Of a stretch of 64,000 bases of DNA, positions 11,546 through 23,085 are shown in pieces. A program made the position numbers and the translations under genes. The stretch comes from Macrostomum lignano (Eukaryota). Within the stretch, counting starts at the first letter, position 1. Each line of letters begins with the position of its first letter. The stretch spans positions 372,001 to 436,000 of the forward strand of contig NIVC01000567.1 of NCBI GenBank assembly GCA_002269645.1, written 5' to 3'. The notes beneath the pieces were generated by a model. It saw nothing but the letters and a program-made list of their open reading frames with translations. It was not told the DNA's origin and made no database searches.

Positions 11546-12659
11546 ATAGATAAATAGATAGATAGAAAGGGGGATTGAGAGTTTTAGTTTGCTAAGGAGA
11601 AATCGGCAGATCGCAGGCAAGCCAAGGACTACTAAATTAAAGTACATGTAGAAGGACACAACACTCGAATCTATGGAAAATGTTTTGAAGGCCACTTTTC
11701 CAAATGTCACTTTTGAATGGTTGCATGTGGAAATGTATTTTTCGCCGGGACCTTCGAAATTTATTCTCCTTTAAGATAAAATAGCATTCGCGGCTTGGCT
11801 TAACCTAATATTTTTCCAATTTCACTTTTCTTCAGACAATCCAGCATTTCTTCAAAAAGGTATATAATGCCTTATCTAAAATTGGTTACGTGCCTTTGAA
11901 CCCATTTCTAACTCTTGGAAAAGTTCGATTAGCCGTGTTGAATCTGTAAACAATATAAAAAATCGCAAAGTTGGTGCTATACAGCAAAATCTATATAACC
12001 AAAAGTATTTATCTGAGTGGCCTTCATAACTTTTTCACTGAAAGGCGCGAGTGTCGCGTTCTGTATATATTGCTTTAGTTGTCCTTGAGGCAAGCAAAAT
12101 AGTGAGACTATAGGCATGTAGATAAAAATGTAAAGCTAAAGGTAATAGCTGTGAGAGAAATGCGATAGTAGTGGGACAAGGAGGCCGGGATCGGTCGAAC
12201 AAACGTTAGCTTTGGGTATAAGGATATATATGGCAGCATGTAGTCAATAAGGCATAAGCGTACAAAGAGTAAAAGCTGTAAAACACACTATTAAACGTGT
12301 CTCGTCGTCCTTTATTGGCTTCCCCTTACAGCTTGAATTGGTGTCGGCATGCTCCACGTACCAGCTCTGCATATACACGCTGAATACAGGGCGTTTGCTT
12401 TTGACGCGTACTTGATCTAAAAGGCCGTTCATTTTAGACGCGAATTTTCTACGACAAACGCTCGTTTTAAATGCGCGAACAACCGTACGGACGCATCAAG
12501 GTACGCCCATTCATCCATGTGGTGCATGGCGTTTTTTATTAAGTACGATAGATACTTATGTACCTTAGCATTATAGTAATGGAAACATTATTGTAACTGA
12601 TACTTTTTAATGCACAAAATATCATTACACCTTATAGACTATAATATAGTATGAAAATC

Positions 12660-13254
12660 AGGTTGCGGATGGTATGCATGTACGCCGGAACCTTTCCGGC
12701 GTACAAAATGGCAACCCTATGTTCTTGGCGTACAACCGGCGTACACAACCCCTGGCGCACTTTGTTGGCGTACACTATTGGCGTACACAAGTAACACAAC
12801 TACGCATACTTTTTGGCGTACAAATTTTGATGAATAAACTTATGCCGCGCATAAAAATTGTAATGTAAATAAACGTTTTTACCGTAAAGTAAGGAAGATC
12901 TGTATAGTCTAGAAATTACGTCCGTGATAACTTTTTGCTTCTTTAAAACTAGCAATAAAAAAATTAGTAAAATATTTTATTGCTAAGAGCGTAAATTTTG
13001 CATTATTATTTCTGTAGGTATACATTTCGAATAAACTGAGTTTAAAATGAAATTATTTGTAATATTTTAAAAAGACTATCCCGCACTAAAGCCAAGTTTC
13101 TTAGAAAACTCTACTCTTAAAAAACTGAATGACCTTTCTTAGGAGGAATTTTTGGCGTACATTTTAGGGAAATTTTTTTTGGCGTACACTGGCGTACATT
13201 TAGATTGAGCTAGGATTCTTGTTCCGGCGTACACTACTACACGATCCGCAACCT
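12660..13254. mobile_element. MITE-like element with 11-bp TIR and subterminal GGCGTACA repeats
   Basis: aggttgcggat (12660) / atccgcaacct (13244-13254), with many ggcgtaca motifs near both ends. No clear TSD. Confidence 0.55.
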
Positions 13255-13689
13255 TAAAGGTATAAAATATTTTTTAAATTGTTCTGCTGACAGTGCCTGA
13301 CAGCTGACACTAAGGCAAGCCGCAAGGGGGTATAAAAAAGAAAAAATTCACAGGCTTAAGGCACAGTATATATTGCTAAGCCTAAAATTGTAAAAATGCA
13401 ATTTGTTATAGCTATTGATTGGTCCAGATTGCTGATTGATGATATATTCGACAGATTGCTATTGGGCCTATTGTGTATTGTATAGGCCTAGACCCCTACT
13501 AGGCCCCTACATCATCAAGATGCTTTTATATAAATGATAGCATGTCTAATTTCCAATCTTTGTTGAGCTATAATTAGGAAATTCAAGAATATTTTAATTA
13601 TAGAAGATTACAAGGACAGAGGGTTTGAGCTTGTGGCTTCTCAGTGATTATATGAGAACTTTGAGTTTTGTGCCATTCAAATTCAAATC

Positions 13690-14260
13690 AGTACTAGAAG
13701 TGCTGCAAGATCTTAGCAAAACAAGATTTAAGACAAGATCTTGTCATTTTTTCTCATCTCAAAAAATCTCAACTTTTGTAGAAAATTTTGTGACACAATT
13801 CAAGAAATTGAAAAATATAGATTCATAAAACTAAAAAAAATTAAGAAAATATATGAACAGGCAAGTATTTTTTCACCTAAATAAGGTCTACTATTGTTGA
13901 ACCTATGCTTTTTGTTAAAATATTTTAGCAAGAAGATTTTGAAATGGATAAATTCTGTGATAGGTTAGGTTAGTTGAGCAGTTTTATATCATTATAATAA
14001 ATACAAACATGGTTATAAATGCTAATATACAAACTTGTACTAGCCCTGCCTAATACACATTTTTGTTATCATTTCAGTCTCGCAACAAGATGATTCAGTA
14101 GCAGACTCAAAGGATCTACTGATCCTATGGTGTATTTGTTATAATGAGATAGATTACATTTTTCAAATATATTTTTTATTCTTATCTTGTCTCATCTCAA
14201 AATTTCTCGATTTCAGACTTTTCTTGTCTCAAATCTTGTCTTGGTCCAAATCTTGATTTC
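13690..14260. mobile_element. CpG-decayed MITE with (GAGAC/GTCTC)-type subterminal repeats
   Basis: aaaacaagatttaagacaaga (about 13717) is near-complementary to tcttgtctcaaatcttgtctt (about 14223). Confidence 0.45.
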
Positions 14261-15549
14261 CAATAGCTTAAATTAGTACTGTTCTTAGCAATTCAAACAA
14301 ACTTAGTCAAGCCACAGGATGCAAAGTAAAGGAAGCTCTAGCTGCTAAGGTCCTCAGGCTCAGGGGGAGGGTAGCTGTGGTTGTGGTTGAGCAATCTAGT
14401 TATTGCTACTATCTTTCAAAATGTTGAATGCAGAAATATAGCCAATGTCAATATGGAGAGCTTAAGATTTAGTCTTAAATCTTAGACTAAGATTTCTAAG
14501 TGTTATATTAAAAGTAGTAGTTTGCTACTACCATCATAGTAATATGTGGATATAAAAGCACTAAAGCTTAAATTTACTCAAATCTTCTTTAACTTTTAAA
14601 AAATAGACCCTAGAGGGTCAAATGAATGCTTTCAAGGTCACAAAGGCTAAGACTAAGACACAATTTAACACTCAAATTAATTGTCTTATAGATTAGTTAG
14701 CAAAATGCTGAATACTATTATTGTTACTAAATGATTAACTTCAAGCATCGAATGATTATTATTGATAAAGCCACACTCTCGAATCTGTTATATGGTACGT
14801 CGGAAAAAATGACCCCTTACGCCATAAATTTAAGTTTCGCCAGAAAAAAATTTTGTACATGATATGTACGCCGGAACGAAATTGCAATGTTACGCCAAAT
14901 TGAAACTCAAATTTTAGGTCCCTTTTCTTTTTGAGTAAAATTACCTTTTACTTTATTAAACACAAAAATCTGGGAATAAATAAATAGTAACTGTTGTATT
15001 GTGTTTCTTGTTTTGTATTTTGTTTTAACATTTTGTTTGTAAAAACATTTTTAAACGTTTTTTGTATGTCAATTATATATATATAAAAATTATATTATAT
15101 ATTATATATAAAAATACATCATTTTATACGTCTACTACCACGCCAGACATCTACGCCAGATACTGATACGCCGGCGCAGTGGCGCACAATTGGCATAGCT
15201 GTTGTGTTACGCCGGATGTTATATGCCAAGCATATTTTCAGGTCTACTGTACGCTAGAATTTTCTGGCGTATATGTAAGATTTGGGAGTGGGGTGATAAA
15301 GTGAGTTATTTAGTTTGTGGGTTGAGAGAGGAACTGGTTGGATTGGAAATCAAATCAACTAGGCTTACACTTAGGGTACCCTTGTATCTTTTTGCAATCT
15401 AGGACTGGACTTCAAATTAAAGTTTAGATAGAGGTCCAAAATGAGAGTCTAGCCAGGTAAAGGGATGCAGACTCTTAAAAAGGCTCTCATAAAACCACTG
15501 AGAAGGAAAAAGTTTTTTCCAGATGAGAGAAAGGGTTATAAGTAAAGTA

Positions 15550-17800
15550 AAAAAGCAGGTGCACTAGGTGGGTACAAATAATACCAGCTGTCACCCTATT
15601 CAAATACAATGACACAAAAATATTATGAGAAGTGGGAGCCAAAAAAACACCAAGAGGGAAAGAAGGCATTTCTATGCAGGGAAATGACATCAGTGATTTC
15701 ATTTGTTGAGCATTCTGAGTAGGGGAAATAGCTCTACAGTTATTAAGAAACATTTTCACTTAGTGAGAACTATGGTGGGTATAGAGAAAGAAATTATTTG
15801 GTAGTTAGGTGGTTTAGTGAATTTGAATTGCCACTGGCATCAAGTTTGTACAAAATAAGCCAGAAAATCATGCAGTCAAATCTCAAATTATTTTCTCCTT
15901 GGTATTCCATTGGCCAGGTCCTTAGTTCCAAGGGAAGGTAATTATAATTGTAGTCAAGTGGTCATTAATAGGCATGGTTATTCAAATTGGTAAATACCAG
16001 AGTTTTCAGACATTATGAATTGTTGTAAATTGATTTGCTTAGTTGCTTACTAAAAGTAGAGTTGCATAGGCTGCCACTACCATAATTTATCTATTATAGA
16101 ATATTTTTTTCTTAGAGCTTACATAGAGATAAGAACAATTTGGTTGTTTTAAACCCCATGGGAAAATGACTCCAGATAATGCTATCATTGCTATGGGCTT
16201 CTATTGATCAACAAATAAATATTGTCAGCACAGGGTTTTTATTAATTAATTGATTAGCAAGATATTATTTTACTAAATTGATGAAAAAATGGATCTGCCA
16301 ACCCTGAGGTACAAGGCTACATAAAGATCTAGTAAACTAACTTAAAAGCAAGTTACTAGTGGTTTTCTTATTAGAGTGCTATGAAGCAAAAGACAAAATT
16401 AGCAAAGCTAAAAAAAAGCCGACTACAGAAAAAAGTTAAAGGGAAAAGAGAGAGATGTGTGTGAGAGAGCAAGCACATGCTTTACTCTGAGCAAGCAAAA
16501 ATTGCCAGGTTATAAGTAAATAGTCTTTAACAGATGGTCCATACAAAGGGGCAGATGTTGGGCACCAGAGTGGGTGCAAATTATACAGAGATAGGCAATT
16601 ACAAAAATACCAGATAAGTAATAAAAAAATTGACAAAAACCAAAGGAGGGACACAAGGGACCAGTGAATGGAAAATGGAGATCCAATGTAAGGACAAGAA
16701 ATTAGGCCAAGCAAGCATAGGAAAACTGATGTCAAACTGCCAAGCAATGGCCTAGTAAAATTGAAAAAAAATTCATGCCAAATCAAGTCTTCTTAATAGC
16801 AACCCACCTGCCACAAGACTCTTGGGAGGGCTCGCCTACCACAATTATATTTTACTAATTGTTGGATAAAAAAGTTACTAGCAGAATGCTAGTAGTAATC
16901 TTAATTATATTTTTATTGTTTAGAAATTTAAAAACTTTACCTTAACCAAAGCAGCAAAATGACTATACTACTAATATAAGACATAGAAAACTATGGCAAT
17001 TAGTAGAATGTGTATATAGTGTTCTTTTAATATGAATGTTCTTGTATTTAATGGTTATAATATTTGTTGGAGTTAATTGTACCAGTTACCAATGCAATAT
17101 AAATTAGTAGCTAATGCTAGAGCCAATTCATAATACATTTTTGTCTTTAGCAAAATAGTACCCTGACTAAAGCAAATTCAAACTTTATCAAATATAGAAT
17201 TTTTTAAATACTCAATAAAAGAAAAATGTGATTAGCAAATTATTAGCCTACATTATGCAATGATTGAATAAGAAACAAGTTAGAAAGCACAATTTTTGTT
17301 TGCCTTTCTTTTGGCATGCAGCCATGTTCCTGAACAACTAGTTCATAGAATGTTTGCACTATATTTGTTTTTATGCAAGATAGCAAAAAAGGAATAGTGA
17401 CAACATTGGGTGTAGTTAAAAGCTTTAATAGCATATCAATGGTCAATTCTGGCAAGCCATAGGTCAATGCAACAGAGATGATTGACATATACATTATTTC
17501 CTTTGTTTTAGTTAAGTTAAAACTAGAAAAATAGTCATGCACTTTGTTGTAGCCTCTTGGCATTAACTTGAGCTCTAGGTTAGATTCCATTAGCGAAGTC
17601 CAGCATTGAGTTCAACATGTCTACTATTTATCTTTATGCTTTGCTCCTTCTTCTGACCAGGGGACATAGCAGCAGCAAAACAATATCTTCCAAATTTGAT
17701 TTTGAGTCTAAGTCCTTAATAAGGTAAAGGGACTCAAATGCCTTTGCAAAATAGTCTATTAATCAATCCTAGAATGGATAAATTTTTGTTAAAGCTTGAA
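15550..17800. mobile_element. Heavily decayed LINE (RTE-like) remnants in mixed orientations
   Basis: Minus strand about 17740 reads DYFAKAFESL (RT DF.KAFDS-like) and TYGLPE. Minus strand about 16070 reads IMVVAAYA (APE SAYAPT-like). Many stops. Confidence 0.4.
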
Positions 17801-18030
17801 GTTACTACCAGAACATTAAGTTCTATAGGTCTAGAATACTAATTGTTTAGTTGACTATTTTAATAAACTTTTCAGCAGATAACTTATTTGATAAAAAATG
17901 CCTGATAATAAAAAATCATATACTTAGGACAAAAAACCAAATCAAGATTCCTAATTTCTCAACAAACATCTTCTAGCAAAGGATCAAAACAATAATTTCT
18001 ACACCTTTTTGCTGTTTCTTCTCAAATCTA

Positions 18031-19190
18031 CGAGGGGCGTCCGGAAAGTAGTGTTACTTTTGCTTGGTGTGGACGTATGGACAGTCACACTTGCATGTGC
18101 TTGGTGTCATTTGAAAGCGGCAAGTCTCTTCTTTAAAATGACACCAATTGCAAGAGATTTGGATCTGTGCTTCAAGAGATACGGACGATTAAGTAGAGAA
18201 AGGTCAGTCATAGACTTACAGAACCTTAAAAATGTCAACAGAAAACTTTTACGAGTTTATCGATTTTTTCGTAATCATGGGCTGCATACATGCGCAACAG
18301 TCGGCCGAGTCGGCCGATCCGGCCGACCGATTTGGCGGCCAACCAAGGAAGTCGCAAAAATGCCAACCCGAAAAAACACCGAGTAGTAGTACTAAGTAGC
18401 TGACGAGGCATTTTGGCTTTATAAGACAGTTATAGTTACTCCTGCCGTTTACCCAAAGTTGCGTTTATTTTGCTTTCGGGTTTTTTTACATGTAAGTCGC
18501 ATTTTTGGCCAAAAACTACGTCGCATTTTTGTTAAAACTAAGTCGCATGGCCGACCGAAATTTGGAGGTTGCGCATGTATGATGGGCTGTCTATGGCCAA
18601 ATGTGATGCAGTGAACGAGAGGGGCTGTCTCATAAAACTACGAGACTTGTAAAACTGCTTCTGCTGCGCCTGCAAAGTTTATTGACATTCAATTTTCAAT
18701 TGTGAACTGCAAATGGATGTGCAGTCAAAGACTGGGCAGCGACATGCCGTCTTTACACTTTGGAGCTCCGGAAACAAATCGGCTGACATCCACAGGCAAC
18801 TTTGCACAGCTCATGGCGACCATGCTGTCAGCAAGATGACAAGTCTGCCAACCGATGAATGATTTTAATGTTGTTCGCTTGTGTGATAATTTGCTTGTTA
18901 TCTGTTTCACCTGCTTCTGTACTGTACTGCTGTGTTTTTTTGTTTTTTCTGGAGTAATTACGCTCGTGATAAAAGTTTTCTGTTGACATTTTTGAGGTTC
19001 TGTAAGTCTGTGACTGACCTTTCTCTACTTAATCGTCCATATCTCTTGAAGCACAGATTTAAATCTCTTGCAATTGGTGTCATTTTAAAGAAGAGACTTG
19101 CCGCTTTCAAATGACACCAAGCACATGCAAGTGTGACTGTCCATACGTCCACACCAAGCAAAAGTAACACTACTTTCCGGACGCCCCTCG
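18031..19190. mobile_element. Tc1/mariner-type non-autonomous element with ~220-bp TIRs
   Basis: TA|cgaggggcgtccggaaagt ... actttccggacgcccctcg|TA. 18031-18250 is the near-perfect reverse complement of 18971-19190. Confidence 0.9.
18285..18581. mobile_element. hAT-type MITE nested in the mariner element
   Basis: 14-bp TIR catacatgcgcaac / gttgcgcatgtatg and a perfect 8-bp TSD atgggctg (18277-18284, 18582-18589). Confidence 0.9.
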
Positions 19191-19289
19191 TATTACAAGG
19201 TTTTATGTATGACATTTACTATGACATTCTATCATAATGACAGAATGGGGTGGCTAAATCTAGAAAATCCTCACAACTTGAACTTAGAA

Positions 19290-19500
19290 GGACTCACAAC
19301 TGAAAGTTCAGGGGTTTGATTCTTCACTTATTGGAACAATTTGTGTCCTTAAGCAAGACACTTAACTCTGCATTGCTTCAGTTCACCCAGCTGTAAAATA
19401 GGTGCCAGCATTAGCTGGGGTAATTGAGGGTGTGTGGTGACCCCCCCCCCCCAGTCCTTGGATTGAACAGCCGTATACAGCCTTAAGCAACTTAATGATG
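19290..19500 (+). mobile_element. CORE-like SINE, family B
   Basis: A B-box-like ggggtttgattc is followed by ttgtgtccttaagcaagacacttaactctgcattgcttcagttcacccagctgtaaaat. Inverted copies lie at about 31480-31680 and 42755-43003. Confidence 0.75.
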
Positions 19501-19658
19501 CCAATGCCTTCTTTATTACACTACTAGTAGTAATATAAGTAATGTGTATTATTTTTTATAAGTAGCAACCACATCTACCAGATTTTTTTCACTATTATAA
19601 GGCAATAGTAATTGACATTCATATTGCAGAAACAGTAGCCAAACAACAACCCAAAGAA

Positions 19659-20012
19659 ATGTCTCTGAGCGTTCGTACGCTAAAAGTTTTCTCTAATCGT
19701 CTGCTCTACCGTAAGCAGATGATTGTCAGCGTTGCTCACGGTGCCTCTGGCAAAAATGTCAGCAAAAGCGATGTAAAAACGAAATTAGCGGAGAAGTTTC
19801 GCACCACCCCCGATCTGGTGGTCTGCTACGGCTTTCGGACCAGCCTTGGCGGTGGTCAGTCGCGAGGCTATGCGCTAGTGTACGACAGTCCTGATTACAT
19901 GAAGAAGTTCCACCTGGTGAAGCGGGTCCGCGATGCCAGCAGAAAGCAGCGCAAAGAGCGCAAGAATAAAAAGAAGAGGCAGGGAAACAAGAAAGAGAAG
20001 AAGCGGAAGTAG
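19659..20012 (+). CDS. RPS24: 40S ribosomal protein eS24-like, divergent and intronless
   Basis: 117 aa with NRLLYRKQM, GFRTSLGGGQSRGYALVYDS and SRKQRKERKN motifs. Confidence 0.85.
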   Translation: MSLSVRTLKVFSNRLLYRKQMIVSVAHGASGKNVSKSDVKTKLAEKFRTTPDLVVCYGFRTSLGGGQSRGYALVYDSPDYMKKFHLVKRVRDASRKQRKERKNKKKRQGNKKEKKRK

Positions 20013-20159
20013 TAAGACTGATAAATTGACTTGATTGAGGGGGAATTGGAAATCGTTTATACTGTACGGTCCAGGTGGATATCATCAATCTTCATGCCTG
20101 TGGGCCGCTGTTCTCAGTGTGTATAAGGAAATGTGCTAACTAAAATTGTAATGACTAAT

Positions 20160-20950
20160 ATTATGAGATGAAAGGAGAGAGAGATGAAATGAGAAGGAAG
20201 GGGTGAGAGATGAGAAGGGTAAGGGTGAGAGATGAGAAGGGAAAGGGTGAGAGATGAAAAGGGAAGGGTGAGAGATGAGAAAGGAAATGGTGAGAGATGA
20301 GAAGGGAGGAGATAGAGATGAGAAGGGAGGAGATAGAGATGAGAAGGGAGGAGATAGAGATGAGAAGGGAGGAGATAGAGATGAGAAGGGAGGAGATAGA
20401 GATGAGAAGGGAGGAGATAGAGATGAGAAGGGAGGAGATAGAGATGAGAAGGGAGGGGATAGAGATAAGAAGGGGGAGAGATGAGAAAAGAGGGGATAGA
20501 GATGAGAAGGGGGAGAGATGAGAAGGGAAACGGTGAGAGATGAGAAGGGAAAGGGTGAGAGATGAGAAGGGAAACGGTGAGAGATGAGAAGGGAAACGGT
20601 GAGAGATGAGAAGGGAAGGGTGAGAGATGAGAAGGGAGGGGAGATGAGAAGGGAGGGGAGAGAGATGAGAAGGGAGGGGAGAGAGATGAGAAGGGAGGGG
20701 ATAGAGATGAGAAGGGAGGGGATAGAGATGAGAAGGGAGGGGAGATGAGAAGGGAGGGGATAGAGATGAGAAGGGAGGGGATAGAGATGAGAAGGGAGGG
20801 GAGATGAGAAGGGAGGGGATGGAGATGAGAAGGAAGAGGATAGAGATGAGAAGGGAGGGGATGGAGATGAGAAGGTAAGGGGATGGAGATGAGAAGGGAA
20901 GGGGATGGAGATGAGAAGGGAGGGGATAGAGATGAGAAGGGAGGGGAGAT
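20160..20950. repeat. Purine-rich degenerate ~21-bp repeat (gagatgagaagggagg...)
   Basis: Direct inspection. Confidence 0.9.
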
Positions 20951-21263
20951 ATTATCGATTTGTCACCTACTTGGTTAACCTTATTCTGCACTTCTAAAAT
21001 TTTTTTTTCAGAGCGTTCATCCGGAGCTGCATCAGTAAACTCTACTCGGCAACCATAAGCTCTACGAGTAGTATGGATGTATTTCTTGTGAACTGCGGCG
21101 AAAATGACTGTTACTATATTGTTCTTGTTAGTGTTAAATAAAATTGATTGCAAATTATTTGGGGACCGCAATCTTTACAGATTGTCCCGTGGTAAAAGCA
21201 GTTCGTTGAATTAAAAATGAGCTTGGTTTTCATTTTAGTTTTGTTATAAATTTGAGTGACATT

Positions 21264-21509
21264 GGCACACAACCGGCGAGAGGCATTACTGCCCCATTCC
21301 GCCGACTCCCCTGAGCAGGCACACAAGCGCGCGGATACGTACGCAGTCATACGCACAGGCACACACACACACAAGAGTTTATAGCTGCCCTGACTTATTT
21401 AATTTAGCATAAAAATTAATGTCAGAGTCATGAGAGACCCCGTGGAATCGAGCCTGGACCGCTAGCACATTAGAGCGCCGCACTAGACCACTAATTAAGC
21501 TACGGCTCT
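21264..21509 (-). mobile_element. tRNA-derived SINE, family A (internally deleted copy)
   Basis: Shares ggcacacaaccggcgagaggcatt...cccctgagcaggca with 6765. The minus-strand head is gagccgtagcttaattagtgg...ggctcgattcc. Confidence 0.7.
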
Positions 21510-21830
21510 TGTTATTTGCAATAAGCTAGCAATAAAAATCATCACTAATTAATCATTATTTGTTCCCATTGTCATCAGGAATCCAAGCTGTTTGCAGTTG
21601 TCATGGCAATTTAGGGTAGGCTTTCAATAGAGAGAGCAAAATTGAGCGGGTAGAGGTAAGAGGAGAATAGATTTAGGGCAAACAATAGGGTAAGGGTGAG
21701 TACATCCTATATGTGACTGTTTCTCTGTCTGCATTTTCGGCTATATATTACCGACTGTGAAAGACGCGACGCTGAGGATGCTTGTGAGTTTTTTTAAAGC
21801 AAAAAACTTGGCCGATCAATACTCATAAAC

Positions 21831-23085
21831 ATGTTTGGATCAGTTAGCAAATCGGATTTGAGAAATGCCAGTGGTGTGTTTATCTGTTTTGTTGTCTTCA
21901 TCTTGGGTGAGTTTAACTGCGTATTGTATTGCTGAGTGTGTGTGATAGATGGTAGAGAGATAGTGAGGTGTGATAGTAATGGTGGGATAGTAAAAGTGAG
22001 ATAGTACGTATACTAGAGGGTGAGATACATGCATATGTAGTAGATTGTGACAGAGTAGGGGGGGTGAGATATAGCAGAGGGAAGAGAATAGAGGTGAGAT
22101 AGTAGGGGTACGAGTTGTAGGGGTGGGAAAGTATAGGAGAGAGATACAGTATACTATAGGGGATGAGTGTGAAATAGAATTGGTGAGATTATTAGAGGGT
22201 GAGATGCATTACGTATTAGAGATGATAGAAAAATTAGTAGTTCCACATCTTTAAGAAATGCTAAACTTTGTTAATAATTAATGCAGCCCCTTGTCTGGCA
22301 TTTGAGTGCTTCACGAGTACCTCGGTGTCGTTCATATCTCTAAGCCAGAACAAGGTCGCCTGCGACACGAATGTGACCTCCTGCTACAAGTTTGTCTATT
22401 CGGCTCTTGTGAGTAGAGAATTGCAGAAAGCTTTTTATGCATTTTTATTTATTGTAAAATATAGAATTGTGTAAATCTTTAGTGGTTGTAGAGCGGCTGA
22501 GTGGTAATGCGCCTGACTCTCTACCTCTCTCGAAACACGACCCCTGGTTTGATTCCCATTACTCGTGCATTAATTTGGGACTTGGGGCAGATCGAGGGTT
22601 GTCGTGTAATTCACAGCCATGAAGGCCAGCCCCCAAGGCACAGAGAGTGACATGCCTGACGATTAGAAAGTCAGGAGCCTGCTGTACACTCAGCAAGATT
22701 CCGTCTGTGTTCGCCACTTTTGAATGGGCTGGCTGAATGGGTTTCAGACGACACGTGCCCTTACATGTAGCATCCTTGGCGTCACTTTTGTGTGTCAAAG
22801 GATGGCGCTAAGTTGTCAAAGAGCTAAATGTTATCTAGCAATGAATCATCATAATAAAACAATCAATTGTACATGTACATCACATTCCGTCAACTTTGCC
22901 AGGCCACTAAGGGCTGCGGCAGCTCCTGCCCCCTGTCAAACATAACTGGCTCCTGCCACATCTGCTCAGAGACTCTCTGCAACAGCGCCAACGGCTTGTC
23001 TCCCGGCGCTTCTCTGCTCGGAGTCGCTCTAGTTGCTATGGCCATCAAACTGATTGGCCAGTCATTTGAAATCGGCTATAATTAA
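21831..23085 (+). CDS. Ly6/uPAR (three-finger) GPI-anchored protein
   Basis: Exons 21831-21906, 22287-22408 and 22903-23085 splice in phase. They give a hydrophobic leader, an 8-Cys domain from ECF to LCN, and a hydrophobic GPI-signal-like tail. Confidence 0.8.
22483..22557 (+). mobile_element. tRNA-like SINE head (degenerate) in a Ly6 intron
   Basis: gcggctgagtggtaatgcgcctgactc ... ggtttgattccc has A/B-box-like motifs but no full cloverleaf. Confidence 0.45.

Noticed and set aside
11690-12470. Possible decayed coding sequence on the minus strand
   Set aside because: It has multiple stops and no recognisable motif.
20950-21171. Non-repetitive N-terminus of the 336-aa minus ORF / plus-strand acceptor at about 21010
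   Set aside because: No partner exons or homology were recognised, and the rest of the ORF is purine-repeat translation.
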